A DNA stretch of 64,000 nucleotides, taken from NCBI GenBank assembly GCA_051881855.1, contig JBJEQR010000012.1, positions 103 through 64,102 on the forward strand, written 5' to 3'. Origin of the DNA: Oscillospiraceae bacterium. GTDB lineage: Bacteria > Bacillota > Clostridia > Oscillospirales > Ruminococcaceae. Both the position numbers and the translations under genes were made by a program. The notes beneath the pieces were generated by a model, which was given only the letters and a program-made list of their open reading frames with translations, was not told the DNA's origin and searched no databases. Every line of letters begins with the position of its first letter. Position 1 is the first letter of the stretch. This document shows, one piece after another, positions 27,970-37,560 of this stretch.

Positions 27970-29142
27970 TTGAAAGGAATATCCGAGGTGCTTTTTTATA
28001 ACGCAGGAATTTTTACGGTTTGTTCCGATTTTATAAAAAAAGGGTACGTGCTCGTAAAGGGCGGAAAGATAATAGATGTAGGCCCAATGGAGTTTTGCCC
28101 CACCGACCCGGAGAGCTATGACCTCACCGGCTATACCATATATCCCGGCTTTATTGACGCCCATTGCCACTTGGGCCTCTGGGCCGATGGCGCGGGAATA
28201 GAGGGCGACGACGGCAATGAGGACACGGACCCCGCGACTCCTCACCTTCGCGCGGTGGATGCCATAAACCCCCGTGACAACTGCTTTGCCGAGGCAGTTG
28301 AAGCGGGCGTCACCGCGGTTGTCACGGGCCCGGGCAGCGCAAACCCTGTGGCTGGGCAGATGCTTGCCATGAAAACCTACGGCGACTGCGTCGATGAAAT
28401 GGTAATAGAAGCTCCCATAGCCATGAAATTTGCTTTGGGCGAAAATCCAAAGAACACCTATCACGGCAGGGAGCAGGCTCCCGCCACGAGAATGGCTACC
28501 GCCGCTGTAATACGCGAGCAGCTTCTCAAGGCGGAGAGATATGTTAAGGATATGGAAAGCGCCGATTCGGACGACGGTGACGAGCCGGAGTTCGACATGA
28601 AAAGCGAAGCCCTTGCCGCCGTTCTGAGCGGCGAAATACAGGCGCATTTCCACGCCCACCGCATTGACGACATTTTCACCGCCGTAAGAATTTCCAGGGA
28701 GTTTGGCCTCAAATCCGTGCTCGTGCACTGCACTGAGGGGCACCTGAACGCTGAAAAGCTCGCCGCTGAGCATATCCCAGCAATAGTCGGCCCCATGATA
28801 GGCACCCGCACAAAGCCAGAGCTTGCAAATATGCGGGACGAAAACGCTGCTGTCCTCCAAAAGGCCGGCGTGGAGGTGGCCATATGCACCGACCACCCGG
28901 AGGTGCCGATAAAATATCTGCCCCTTTCAGCGGCCGTCGCTGTCAGGGCGGGAATGAGCCATGACGATGCCGTCAGGGCCATAACCTCAGTACCTGCGAA
29001 AATTCTCGGCCTTGAGGATAGGATAGGCTCCATTGCTCCCGGGCGCGACGCGGACCTTGTCGTTTTCAGCGGCGATCCTCTTTCGGTTTATAATGTGCCG
29101 GTCTGCGTGCTCGTTAACGGAAGATTTGTAAAGGAGCCGTAA
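27970..29142 (+). CDS. Amidohydrolase-superfamily metallo-hydrolase
   Basis: PGFIDAHCHLG metal-binding HxH motif, and later HFHAH and TDHP. GTG at 27988 (VLFYNAGIF) is an alternative start. Confidence 0.8.
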   Translation: MKGISEVLFYNAGIFTVCSDFIKKGYVLVKGGKIIDVGPMEFCPTDPESYDLTGYTIYPGFIDAHCHLGLWADGAGIEGDDGNEDTDPATPHLRAVDAINPRDNCFAEAVEAGVTAVVTGPGSANPVAGQMLAMKTYGDCVDEMVIEAPIAMKFALGENPKNTYHGREQAPATRMATAAVIREQLLKAERYVKDMESADSDDGDEPEFDMKSEALAAVLSGEIQAHFHAHRIDDIFTAVRISREFGLKSVLVHCTEGHLNAEKLAAEHIPAIVGPMIGTRTKPELANMRDENAAVLQKAGVEVAICTDHPEVPIKYLPLSAAVAVRAGMSHDDAVRAITSVPAKILGLEDRIGSIAPGRDADLVVFSGDPLSVYNVPVCVLVNGRFVKEP

Positions 29143-29179
29143 AGCGCCGCTTCTGTTTTCAAAAAACAAAAAGCGAGGC

Positions 29180-29803
29180 TTGCAGATGGAAGAAATAATA
29201 GAATATATAAAGCAAAAATATGACCCCGCCGTGCTCATAGTGTATGGCTCCTACGCCGACGGCTCCAACAATGAAAACAGCGACTTTGACGCCATGATAA
29301 TTGTAGATGACCCTCCGCGTGAGCACGATTCCTCCGTTGTCGGAGGCGTCAGGCTGGACCTGTTCATTCATGGCTTTGGCGAATTTGAGCACGGGATAAA
29401 ATGTGGGGATTACCCTCAGCTTTACGACTGCCTCGTGCTCATGGACAGGGACGGCTTCGGAGAAAAAATGAAAGCCGAGGTCGTAAACTACGTTGACAAT
29501 TTCCCCAAAAAGACCCGGGAGGAGAACACCTTCCTTATGAGCTGGTGTGAAAAGACGCTTCTTCGGGCAAAGCGCGGCGATGCCGAAGGCTATTTCCGCT
29601 GGCACTGGCTTTTGACGGACAGCCTTGAGCTCTATTTTGACCTCTGCGGAAAATTTTATTTCGGGCCGAAAAAATCCATAGCTAAAATGCGGGATTTTGA
29701 CCCGTACGGTACGGCGCTTTATGAAAAAGCGCTTTCCGCAATGGACTATTCAGCTCTCGAAAACTGGATAAAATACCTCCGAGGAAAATTTGACGAACAG
29801 TAA
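29180..29803 (+). CDS. Nucleotidyltransferase-domain protein (Pol-beta-fold NTase plus helical C-domain)
   Basis: VYGSYADGSNNENSDFDAMII is the GS...DxD NTase signature. The substrate is unknown. Confidence 0.6.
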   Translation: MQMEEIIEYIKQKYDPAVLIVYGSYADGSNNENSDFDAMIIVDDPPREHDSSVVGGVRLDLFIHGFGEFEHGIKCGDYPQLYDCLVLMDRDGFGEKMKAEVVNYVDNFPKKTREENTFLMSWCEKTLLRAKRGDAEGYFRWHWLLTDSLELYFDLCGKFYFGPKKSIAKMRDFDPYGTALYEKALSAMDYSALENWIKYLRGKFDEQ

Positions 29804-29839
29804 AAAAGCGGCCTTTCCTTTTTGGAAAGGCCGCTTTTC
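29803..29839. terminator. Bidirectional terminator between convergent NTase and carboxypeptidase genes
   Basis: 15-bp stem AAAAGCGGCCTTTCC / GGAAAGGCCGCTTTT. Confidence 0.85.
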
Positions 29840-29848
29840 AGGTTATAA

Positions 29849-30721
29849 TTATTGTGCGAGGTATTCCTCGAGGCAGAGCCCTGATTCATAGATGAGCTTT
29901 GCCTGCTCCCGCCCGACGTAGCGGTAATGCCACGGCTCATAGTCAAAGCCGGTGATTTCCACCTTGTCCTTCGGGTACCGGAGAATGAAGCCGTACTCCC
30001 ATGCGTGCTCAAAGAGCCATTTGGCCTCGGCGCTGTTTTCGTCGGCGCTGCCATATGCGGAAACTATGTCGAGGGCAAGGCCGGTGTTGTGCTCGCTGGT
30101 GCCGGGTGTTGCTGCAAATTCCTCCGCGGCCTTTTCAGCAGACGCCCTGTCGAGCCCATCCACCATAAGGCTTTCAACCTTAGCGTCGAATATTTCCTTC
30201 TGTTTTTCGACGGTGCGGTAGGCGGTATATATTGAGAAGGAGAGCCCTTCCTCGTTTCCCGCCGCAAACATTGCCTCAAGGTCGGAAACTATTCTCGAAT
30301 CAACGCTGTGGCCGAAGCTGTCCACAACCGCAGCATCAAAGGAATAGTTGTCGGGCAGAGGATTTTCCCTGTTTACGAGTATCATGTACCATTCGTCCCG
30401 GGGAATGGGGTCCTCCTCGACTATGGGTTCGGGTTCCGGCTGGGATTCGGGTTCTGAAGCTTCCGAAGCGCCGGCGTTTTCATCGGATATGCCGGAAACC
30501 TCGGACGATGGACTTTCCGACGAAGAGACCGGCGGCAGGAGATCGTCGGAGGGGGCCTTTTCCGGCTGGAAATACATCCAGGCAAAGGCCGCTCCCGCGC
30601 CGATCACTATAAAAGCCGCTACGGCAATTATTGCAACGTTCCGGACGGTGTGCTTGGGCTTTCGGAGTTTAATGGCCCTGGGCTCACGGTCCCCCGGGTA
30701 TAATCTTGTTTCAGCTGACAT
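29849..30721 (-). CDS. Membrane-anchored D-alanyl-D-alanine carboxypeptidase, M15B/VanY family
   Basis: N-terminal TM anchor and a Ser/Glu/Pro linker. Catalytic motifs are SEHNTGLALDI and YGFILRYPKDK...EPWHYRYVG. Confidence 0.85.
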   Translation of the reverse strand: MSAETRLYPGDREPRAIKLRKPKHTVRNVAIIAVAAFIVIGAGAAFAWMYFQPEKAPSDDLLPPVSSSESPSSEVSGISDENAGASEASEPESQPEPEPIVEEDPIPRDEWYMILVNRENPLPDNYSFDAAVVDSFGHSVDSRIVSDLEAMFAAGNEEGLSFSIYTAYRTVEKQKEIFDAKVESLMVDGLDRASAEKAAEEFAATPGTSEHNTGLALDIVSAYGSADENSAEAKWLFEHAWEYGFILRYPKDKVEITGFDYEPWHYRYVGREQAKLIYESGLCLEEYLAQ

Positions 30722-30893
30722 TTTGTTTTCTCCTTACTTTTAATAAAAAGCCAAATGGACAAAATCCCATATATAAAATATATCTAAAAATTTGCTTTTT
30801 GTCAACCGAGAGGAAAAGCCCGCCTTTAAAACTTGTAATTATTATTAAAAAGGTGTATTATTGCTAATGAATATATGCTTGGAGGATTAAGCA

Positions 30894-31493
30894 GTGACGG
30901 AACTTGAAAAACGCAGTGAAGAAATTGCGAAGCGCGACGCGGGCAAACTCTACTGCCCCGCGGTTTTCTTCGGTGAAATGCTTGAAGCGAGGGATAAATG
31001 TACGGAGTACAGCGCCATTCCCTATGCGGAGTTTGACAGGAGAGGCGAATTTATAAGGAACTTTTTCGGCCGCGCGGGAAAAAACGTTTTTGTGGAAAAC
31101 GGTTTTAAATGCGACCACGGCTCCAATATTTTCGTAGGAGACAATTTTTACTGCAATTTCAACTGCACAATATATGATTCCTGCCCCGTCACTATAGGGG
31201 ATAACGTCATGATAGGCCCTAACGTCACTATCTGCACCGCCACCCACCCCATAAAAGTGTCCGAGCGGGTGAATGAAAAGGGCGAGGAGCTTGCTTTTCC
31301 GATAAGTATAGGCAATAACGTCTGGATAGGCGGCGGCGCCTTCATAAATCCGGGCGTTACCATAGGGGACGGCGCTGTGGTGGCAAGCGGCGCCGCCGTG
31401 ACGAAGGACGTTCCGCCGGATACTCTTGTGGCGGGGGTCCCAGCGAAGGTCAAAAAAGAGATAGATAACAGCGGTACGCCGCAGGAAACTTAA
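30894..31493 (+). CDS. Sugar O-acetyltransferase (maltose/galactoside acetyltransferase-like, hexapeptide repeats)
   Basis: Mac-type N-terminus, then left-handed beta-helix repeats (IGDNVMIGPNV, IGNNVWIGGGA, IGDGAVVASGA). GTG start after GGAGG. Confidence 0.85.
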   Translation: MTELEKRSEEIAKRDAGKLYCPAVFFGEMLEARDKCTEYSAIPYAEFDRRGEFIRNFFGRAGKNVFVENGFKCDHGSNIFVGDNFYCNFNCTIYDSCPVTIGDNVMIGPNVTICTATHPIKVSERVNEKGEELAFPISIGNNVWIGGGAFINPGVTIGDGAVVASGAAVTKDVPPDTLVAGVPAKVKKEIDNSGTPQET

Positions 31494-31577
31494 AGCTTTC
31501 ACGCCCCGGGGCACCGGCTCCGGATAAAAATTCTGTAAGCATAGCTTAAGGACGGATTTTGAAAGGAAACATCTGAA

Positions 31578-32936
31578 ATGCGTATTATTGTAATAGGCGC
31601 GGGAAAGGTAGGAAGCACGCTTGCTTTCCAGCTTGTAAAAGAAGGGCACGATATAGTGGTCATTGACACCAATGAGGAGCGCCTCAGCGCTCTCCAGAAT
31701 ATGTCTGACATTATGACCCTCTGCGGCAACGGGGCCAAGGCCGAGGTGCTTATGGAGGCGGAGGCCGGCCAGAGCGATATTGTCATCGCCGCCACTTCTG
31801 CCGATGAGGTAAACATTCTCGCCTGTTTTATCGCCCGCAAAATCGGCGCGCCAAAGACCATAGCCCGGGTCCGCAACCCCGACTACAAGCGCCAGCTCGA
31901 GATGATGAAGGAAGAGCTGGGTCTTTCCATGATAGTCAACCCGGAAAATTCCGCTGCCCACGAAATTTCGAGGATACTCCGTTTCCCTTCGGCTAATGAC
32001 GTGGAAATTTTCTGCCGCGGCCACGTGGAGCTTGTGGAGTACAGTCTCGGGGAGGACTGCCCCCTTTGTGGCCTTTCCCTGCTGGATGTATATAGAAAAT
32101 ATAAAATCAAAGTCCTCGTCTGCGCTGTGAGGAGGGGCGAGGAGGTCACCATTCCCAACGGCTCTTTCGTGCTTCAGTCCGGGGATAAAATCAATATCAC
32201 AGCTTCGCCCAAAAATATTTATGATTTCTTCAAAGCCATCGGCAGCTTCCGCGCTCCGGTAAGAAACGTAATGATAATCGGCGGAAGCAATACCGCTTAT
32301 TACCTCACTCAGCAGCTTGCGGATATGGGCATCAACGTCAAGATAATCGAGCAGAGCCAGAAGCGCTGCGAGGAGCTCTCCGAAATGCTCCCGAAAGCGG
32401 AAATTGTCTGTGCTGACGCCACGGAAAAGGACGTGCTTCTTGAGGAGGGCATTCTGGATTTTGACGGATTTGTCGCCCTGACAGGCCTTGACGAAATGAA
32501 TATAATCTACTGTATGTACGCCAAGACCAAAAATACTGAGAAAGTAATAGCGAAAATAAATCACCTTTCCTTCCCGGAGGTCATTGAGAACAGCGGCATT
32601 GAAAGTGTTGTCTCTCCGAAGGAGATAACCGCCGAGCGCATTATTTCCTACGTCAGAGCCGTACAGAACTCATTTGCCCAGAATAAGGTCGAATCCCTCC
32701 GCACCCTCGTGGGCGGAAGGGTGGAGGCTTTGGAATTTGTGGTAAGGGATAACGCGGATTACCTTTCAACCCCGCTCAAGGACCTCCCGATAAAGAAAAA
32801 CGTGCTCATAGCCGCCATAGTCCGGGGCGGTATGGTGATAATCCCCGGCGGCTATGATACCATTGAGCACGGTGATTCGGTGATAGTTATCACCGCTGGA
32901 ATGACTATTGACGAACTGGACGACGTGATGAGGTAA
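31578..32936 (+). CDS. trkA: Trk system K+ uptake protein TrkA (tandem RCK)
   Basis: Two Rossmann motifs (IIVIGAGKVGSTLA and VMIIGGSNTAYYL), each followed by a TrkA-C domain. Length 452 aa. Confidence 0.9.
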   Translation: MRIIVIGAGKVGSTLAFQLVKEGHDIVVIDTNEERLSALQNMSDIMTLCGNGAKAEVLMEAEAGQSDIVIAATSADEVNILACFIARKIGAPKTIARVRNPDYKRQLEMMKEELGLSMIVNPENSAAHEISRILRFPSANDVEIFCRGHVELVEYSLGEDCPLCGLSLLDVYRKYKIKVLVCAVRRGEEVTIPNGSFVLQSGDKINITASPKNIYDFFKAIGSFRAPVRNVMIIGGSNTAYYLTQQLADMGINVKIIEQSQKRCEELSEMLPKAEIVCADATEKDVLLEEGILDFDGFVALTGLDEMNIIYCMYAKTKNTEKVIAKINHLSFPEVIENSGIESVVSPKEITAERIISYVRAVQNSFAQNKVESLRTLVGGRVEALEFVVRDNADYLSTPLKDLPIKKNVLIAAIVRGGMVIIPGGYDTIEHGDSVIVITAGMTIDELDDVMR

Positions 32937-32938
32937 TT

Positions 32939-34384
32939 ATGAACTACAAAATGATTCGGTATATCCTCGGAATGATACTTGCGTCCGAAGCGGTGTTCAT
33001 GCTCCTTCCGGTGTTTGTCTGCCTTTGCTACGGCGAGTTTTCGGTGATACCGTCTTTCCTTATTACAATGGCGCTCATATTTGCGGCGGTGCTTGCACTG
33101 GGAATAAAAAAGCCGGAGGACGACAGGATTTTTTCGAGGGAGGGCTTTATAGTCGTTTCACTCGGGTGGATCCTCATTTCGCTTTTCGGCGCGGTGCCTT
33201 TCTATCTCAGCGGCTCCATAACGAGCTTTGTGGACTGCATTTTTGAGACGGTTTCCGGCTTCACCACCACCGGCGCCACCATATTAAATACCGTTGAAAA
33301 CCTGCCGAAGGGCATACTTTTCTGGCGCGAGTTCACCCACTGGATAGGGGGCATGGGGGTCCTTGTGTTCCTGCTGATGCTCACCCAGATTTCCGAGGGC
33401 CACTCCATGTATATCATGCGAGCGGAGGTGCCCGGCCCTTCCGTCGGCAAGCTCACCCCAAAAGCCCGCTCCAACTCACTGATACTCTACGGAATATATA
33501 CTTCCCTGACGGTTATAGAAGCGGTGCTCCTGCTTTTGGGAGGGCTGCCTGTGTTCGACGCTGTGACCACAGCCATGGGCACCGCGGGCACCGGCGGATT
33601 TTCCGTCCGTGACCTCGGAATAGCAGCTTATGACAGCGCCTATGTGGAGTGGGTCGTCGCCATATTCATGACGCTTTTCGGAATTAACTTCAACCTTTAC
33701 TATCTGCTCATTCTCAAACGTTTCACCCAGGTTTTCAGAAGCGAGGAGCTCAAAGTTTATCTCGGCCTTGTAACAGCATCTACGGCGCTCATAGCCGTAA
33801 ACGTGCTTCAATATTATGATAGCTTCGGCGAATCTCTGAGAAAGGCATTTTTCCAGGTTTCCGCGATAATAACCACCACGGGCTTTTACGACGTGGACTT
33901 CATGGACTGGCCGGATTTCAGCAGGGCCATATTGCTTCTCCTGCTGCTGACCGGCGCCTGCGCGGGCTCCACCGCCGGCGGAATAAAAATAAGCCGCCTC
34001 ATAATCAGCGCAAAGGTTATTTTCAGTTCAGCAAAGCAGCTTGCGCACCCGCGCTCGGTAAACTCAATAAAATTCGAGGGCAAGCAGGTGGATAAGGAGA
34101 CCCGGAGCTTTATAAGCATCTATATGACCACATTTTTTGTGATACTGTTCATAGCGACTTTTATCACAATGTTCCAGGGGCACGACTATGAGACTTCATT
34201 CAGCGCGATCCTTTCCTGTTTCAACAACGTCGGCCCGGCCCTGGGCCTTGTGGGCCATTCCGGAAACTATAACATATTCAACGATTTCACAAAAATAATG
34301 ATGTCCTTCCTGATGCTTGTGGGAAGGCTTGAAATTTTCCCGCTGGTAATTCTTTTTATGCCGTCCACGTGGCGGAAAGTTTAA
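32939..34384 (+). CDS. trkH: TrkH-family K+ transporter membrane subunit
   Basis: Polytopic protein with repeated selectivity-filter-like segments (SGFTTTGAT, GTAGTGGFS, TTTGFY, STAGGIK). Confidence 0.9.
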   Translation: MNYKMIRYILGMILASEAVFMLLPVFVCLCYGEFSVIPSFLITMALIFAAVLALGIKKPEDDRIFSREGFIVVSLGWILISLFGAVPFYLSGSITSFVDCIFETVSGFTTTGATILNTVENLPKGILFWREFTHWIGGMGVLVFLLMLTQISEGHSMYIMRAEVPGPSVGKLTPKARSNSLILYGIYTSLTVIEAVLLLLGGLPVFDAVTTAMGTAGTGGFSVRDLGIAAYDSAYVEWVVAIFMTLFGINFNLYYLLILKRFTQVFRSEELKVYLGLVTASTALIAVNVLQYYDSFGESLRKAFFQVSAIITTTGFYDVDFMDWPDFSRAILLLLLLTGACAGSTAGGIKISRLIISAKVIFSSAKQLAHPRSVNSIKFEGKQVDKETRSFISIYMTTFFVILFIATFITMFQGHDYETSFSAILSCFNNVGPALGLVGHSGNYNIFNDFTKIMMSFLMLVGRLEIFPLVILFMPSTWRKV

Positions 34385-34403
34385 TAAAACGGAGGCTTTG
34401 AAA

Positions 34404-34859
34404 ATGAAAAATAGGGCAAAAGGATTTTTGAACGAATTTAAAGAGTTTATTTCGAGGGGAAACGTGCTCGACATGGCGATAGGCGTTATCATTGCCACAG
34501 CTTTCGGCAAGATAACTACCTCGCTTGTAAACGACGTGTTTATGCCCTTCATAGGCTGGCTCATCGGAGATATTGACCTCAGCCAGCTCAATATCACCCT
34601 CACTGCGGAGACTGTAAACGAAGCGGGAGAGGTGACCCCGGCCGTCGTCATCGGCATTGGCACTTTCATTTCCACAATTATTGATTTTATACTCGTGGCT
34701 TTTATAGTTTTCCTTGTGGTGAAGCTGTTTAATAAAGCCAAGGAAAAAGCCGAGGCGAGAAAGAAAGCCGAGGAGGCTGCCGCACAGCCGGAGGCCGCTC
34801 CCGAGCCCAGCGAGGAAGTGAAGCTCCTTACCGAGATAAGGGACCTTCTCAAAAAATAA
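34404..34859 (+). CDS. mscL: Large-conductance mechanosensitive channel
   Basis: FKEFISRGNVLDMAIGVIIATAFGKI at the N-terminus. ATG 34404 lies 8 nt after GGAGG. Confidence 0.9.
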   Translation: MKNRAKGFLNEFKEFISRGNVLDMAIGVIIATAFGKITTSLVNDVFMPFIGWLIGDIDLSQLNITLTAETVNEAGEVTPAVVIGIGTFISTIIDFILVAFIVFLVVKLFNKAKEKAEARKKAEEAAAQPEAAPEPSEEVKLLTEIRDLLKK

Positions 34860-34866
34860 ACCTTTT

Positions 34867-34895
34867 GGGCGGCCTTTTGAAAGGCCGCCCTGTTT
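34867..34895 (+). terminator. Rho-independent terminator after mscL
   Basis: Stem GGGCGGCCTTT / AAAGGCCGCCC followed by TGTTT. Confidence 0.8.
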
Positions 34896-34923
34896 GAATT
34901 TAACGGAAAGGAGCGGGCAGCCC

Positions 34924-35796
34924 TTGCGTATACTCGAATATAAAATCACCGATGAGCACGACGGAAAGCGCGCCTGCGACTTCCTTAGGAGAAATGAGCA
35001 TTTTTCATATGCGCTTATTGTGAAGCTGCGCCACAGCCCGGAGTCATTGAAACTCGACGGCGAGTTTATACGCACCATAGACAGGCTCAGGGCGGGAGCG
35101 GTGCTCACTGTGGAGCTGCCGGAAACAAAAGGCTCGGAAGAACCGAATGAGGACCTTGACATTCCCAAACTCTATGAGGACGATGATATTATTATTTTCG
35201 ATAAGCCGCCCGGTGTCCCGGTGCACCCCTCAAAGGGACACCAGACCGATACCCTCGCAAATTACTGTGCCGCTCACTGTCCGTGCTCAAAATTCCATGT
35301 CATAGGAAGGCTTGATATGGATACCTCGGGCCTTGTGCTCGTGGCGAAAAATTCCCATGCCGCGGCGGTGCTCACAGACTCCCAAATAGAGAAGGAATAT
35401 ATTGCCGTGGCCCAGGGCACGCCGCCATCTCTGTCCGGAACCATTGACGCCCCGATAGACGATACGGACCCGGAGGCGCACCGCCGCTTTGTTGCGGAAG
35501 GCGGGCGCAGCGCCGTCACGGATTATGAGGTTTTTGCCGAAGACGAAAATCTCTTTGCCGCAAAGGTGAAGCCGAAAACGGGGCGCACCCACCAGATAAG
35601 GGTGCATTTTTCCTATATGGGAACCCCTCTTGCGGGGGACGAGCTCTACGGCGGCTCGCGGGAGCTTATTTCCCGCCATGCTCTCCATCGGAGCCGCCTT
35701 TCCTTTGCTCATCCGGTAACAGGCGAGCGCCTCTGCTTTTGTTCCGACCCGCCGGAGGATATGCGAAAACTGATAGAAGACATGGAAAATATCTAA
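34924..35796 (+). CDS. RluA-family pseudouridine synthase
   Basis: S4-like N-terminus and the catalytic HVIGRLDMDTSGLVLVAK and GRTHQIRVH motifs. TTG 34924 follows AGGAG. The ORF-track start at 34894 sits inside the mscL terminator. Confidence 0.85.
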   Translation: MRILEYKITDEHDGKRACDFLRRNEHFSYALIVKLRHSPESLKLDGEFIRTIDRLRAGAVLTVELPETKGSEEPNEDLDIPKLYEDDDIIIFDKPPGVPVHPSKGHQTDTLANYCAAHCPCSKFHVIGRLDMDTSGLVLVAKNSHAAAVLTDSQIEKEYIAVAQGTPPSLSGTIDAPIDDTDPEAHRRFVAEGGRSAVTDYEVFAEDENLFAAKVKPKTGRTHQIRVHFSYMGTPLAGDELYGGSRELISRHALHRSRLSFAHPVTGERLCFCSDPPEDMRKLIEDMENI

Positions 35797-35852
35797 AGCC
35801 TTTATTTATTCATAAATTTGGAATATAATATCCCTTGTCAGGAAGTGAACAG

Positions 35853-36554
35853 ATGGAAAGAGATATACTGAATTTTAATAACGGACTGAACGTGGACGAA
35901 GCCGTGGACGCCCTTTCAAAGGAGCACAACGACGCCCTCGCAAAGCAGTTTTTTGCCGAGGCGGGAAACGCGGAGTTTCTCGTGCCATATAAGGATAAGC
36001 CGACGGAGCTCTGCGTTTTCAATATGCAGGAAAACGGGAGAATGATACCTGCTTTTTCATGCTACGCGGCGTTTGAAAAAAGCCCTCTGCCGAAGGGCAG
36101 AGCGGTGATAATGCCTTTTTCGAGAATCAACGAGATCGTGAAGAAGAGCGAAGGCCAAATTGCGGGAATAGTCATAAACCCTCACGGAAAATCCCTGATT
36201 TTCAAGCAGAACCCGAAGACAGAAAATCCCGGTGGGGAGCAAAAGCCCCAGGAAATAAAGTTTATGAAGCCCGGCTCAGTGCCGGAAACCATTACGGCGG
36301 CGCTTTGCGGATTTTTTTCCGCCTCCGGCAATGTATATAAAGCATATCTGCTTTGGGCGCAGAAGGACGGAGACCTTGCGCCCCACCTTTTCCTTGTGGT
36401 GGATTTTGACGGCAAGAGGGAGGAGTTTTTCCCGAAGGTTGCGCAGGTGATCCGCCCATACCTCAAATCCGGAGACGGAGTGGAAATGGCAAAGGCGGAT
36501 ATGAAACTCCTCTCCGCGGCGGAAAAGCTCGTCCAGCCGTTTTATAAAAAATAA
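35853..36554 (+). CDS. SseB-family protein
   Basis: The pattern resembles SseB N- and C-domains (FLVPY.......L......G..MIPAFS...; KAYLLWAQKDGDLAPHLFLVVDFDG). This is recognised from memory only. Confidence 0.5.
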   Translation: MERDILNFNNGLNVDEAVDALSKEHNDALAKQFFAEAGNAEFLVPYKDKPTELCVFNMQENGRMIPAFSCYAAFEKSPLPKGRAVIMPFSRINEIVKKSEGQIAGIVINPHGKSLIFKQNPKTENPGGEQKPQEIKFMKPGSVPETITAALCGFFSASGNVYKAYLLWAQKDGDLAPHLFLVVDFDGKREEFFPKVAQVIRPYLKSGDGVEMAKADMKLLSAAEKLVQPFYKK

Positions 36555-36641
36555 CGCTCCGCTTCGTATCTCAAGGCTATGTAAAACCGGCGAAAAATAA
36601 TAAAACGTATTGAAATTTTACCCCGAAAGTGCTATATTTAT

Positions 36642-37178
36642 ATGGCAGGAATATTTGTGGAAAGGGTGTCCGTGTTGAACAAAGGCTTCGTAAGGCTTTA
36701 TACCGGAAACGGAAAAGGCAAAACGACTATGGCTCTGGGCCTTGCTCTGCGCGTAGCGGGCGAGGGCAGGAGAGTCTTTGTCGGCCAGTTCATAAAGGAC
36801 GATCCCCGGGGCGATATAATGGCCCTGAGGAAGGCAATACCCGGAGTGGTGACCGCCCAGTTCGGCTGCGGCAGCGGCTGCATCTGCGGAAGGGAGCCGG
36901 ACGGAAAGGACCTTGATTGCGCGAAAAAGGGCCTTGCAAGGGCAAGACAGGCGCTCTCGAGCGGGAATTTCGGTCTTGTTGTCCTCGACGAAATTACCAT
37001 TCCGATGTATTTCGGTCTTATTACCATTGCCGAAGTGAAAGAGCTTATTGCTCTAAAAACTCCGGGCACCGAGCTTGTTTTTACCGGGCGTTACGCCTCG
37101 GACGAGCTTAAAGCTCTTGCGGATATGGTGACCGTCGTCGAGTCGGAAAAGCTTCCAACTCCTGTTCCGGATTTGTAA
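36642..37178 (+). CDS. cobO: Cob(I)yrinic acid a,c-diamide / cob(I)alamin adenosyltransferase (CobA/CobO/BtuR type)
   Basis: YTGNGKGKTTMALGLALRVAGEGRRVFVGQFIK P-loop and LVVLDEIT. The promoter is TTGAAA-17-TATATT. The exact start is uncertain. Confidence 0.8.
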   Translation: MAGIFVERVSVLNKGFVRLYTGNGKGKTTMALGLALRVAGEGRRVFVGQFIKDDPRGDIMALRKAIPGVVTAQFGCGSGCICGREPDGKDLDCAKKGLARARQALSSGNFGLVVLDEITIPMYFGLITIAEVKELIALKTPGTELVFTGRYASDELKALADMVTVVESEKLPTPVPDL

Positions 37179-37253
37179 AATAGCAAATTTGGAATTGTTT
37201 TTTGTCTAAAGCAGTGCTACAATATAAGTGCAGTTTGAAAAGTAAATAACGTG

Positions 37254-37425
37254 GGTCTTGCGGTTGCCTTAATGGCTTTCGCTAAAAGCGAAAGGGAAAA
37301 CGGTGTGAATCCGTTACTGTTACCTCAACTGTATTTGCCGACGAAGAGGGCATATCGCCACTGTCGAAAGATGGGAAGGCGCCTTCGGAGAATGAAGCAT
37401 AAGTCAGGATAATTTCCGCAGGATC
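37254..37425 (+). promoter_or_regulatory. Cobalamin (B12) riboswitch aptamer
   Basis: P1 GGTCTTGCGG / CCGCAGGATC, AGGGAAAACGGTGTGAATCC, CAACTGTA, GCCACTG...GGGAAGGC, and B12 box AAGTCAGGA. It has its own extended -10, TGcTACAAT at 37215-37223. Confidence 0.8.
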
Positions 37426-37474
37426 ATTTTCTCGGGTTAAGGGAAGTCCACATATCAAAGATATTAGTGCATTT

Positions 37475-37510
37475 AATGGGCTGTCAGTAACTGGCAGCCC
37501 ATTTTATTTT
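37475..37510 (+). terminator. Intrinsic terminator 1 downstream of the riboswitch (possible expression platform)
   Basis: Stem AATGGGCTG(T)CAG / CTG(G)CAGCCCATT with loop TAA, followed by TTATTTT. Confidence 0.7.
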
Positions 37511-37511
37511 A

Positions 37512-37560
37512 GCAAAAACGGACATTTCTGAAAGCTGGGATGTCCGTTTTTGCTTTTTTT
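37512..37560 (+). terminator. Intrinsic terminator 2 downstream of the riboswitch
   Basis: 14-bp stem GCAAAAACGGACAT / ATGTCCGTTTTTGC followed by TTTTTTT. Confidence 0.8.

Noticed and set aside
29849-30721. A vancomycin-resistance cluster (VanY-like carboxypeptidase here, VanW at 54790).
   Set aside because: The two genes are 24 kb apart, and there are no vanH/vanA/vanX or vanR/vanS homologues in the window. Both families are common housekeeping cell-wall proteins in Firmicutes.
31494-31577. A c-di-AMP (ydaO/kimA-type) riboswitch upstream of the K+ uptake operons. I also checked 59631-59788.
   Set aside because: The leaders are too short (84 nt) or are occupied by the direct-repeat array. 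I did not see the conserved pseudo-twofold ACGGGGA-type elements of that class.
30864-32564. A 566-aa minus-strand ORF.
   Set aside because: It runs antisense across the O-acetyltransferase gene, an intergenic region and most of trkA, both of which have clear family motifs. It has no RBS and no recognisable domain. It is a shadow ORF.
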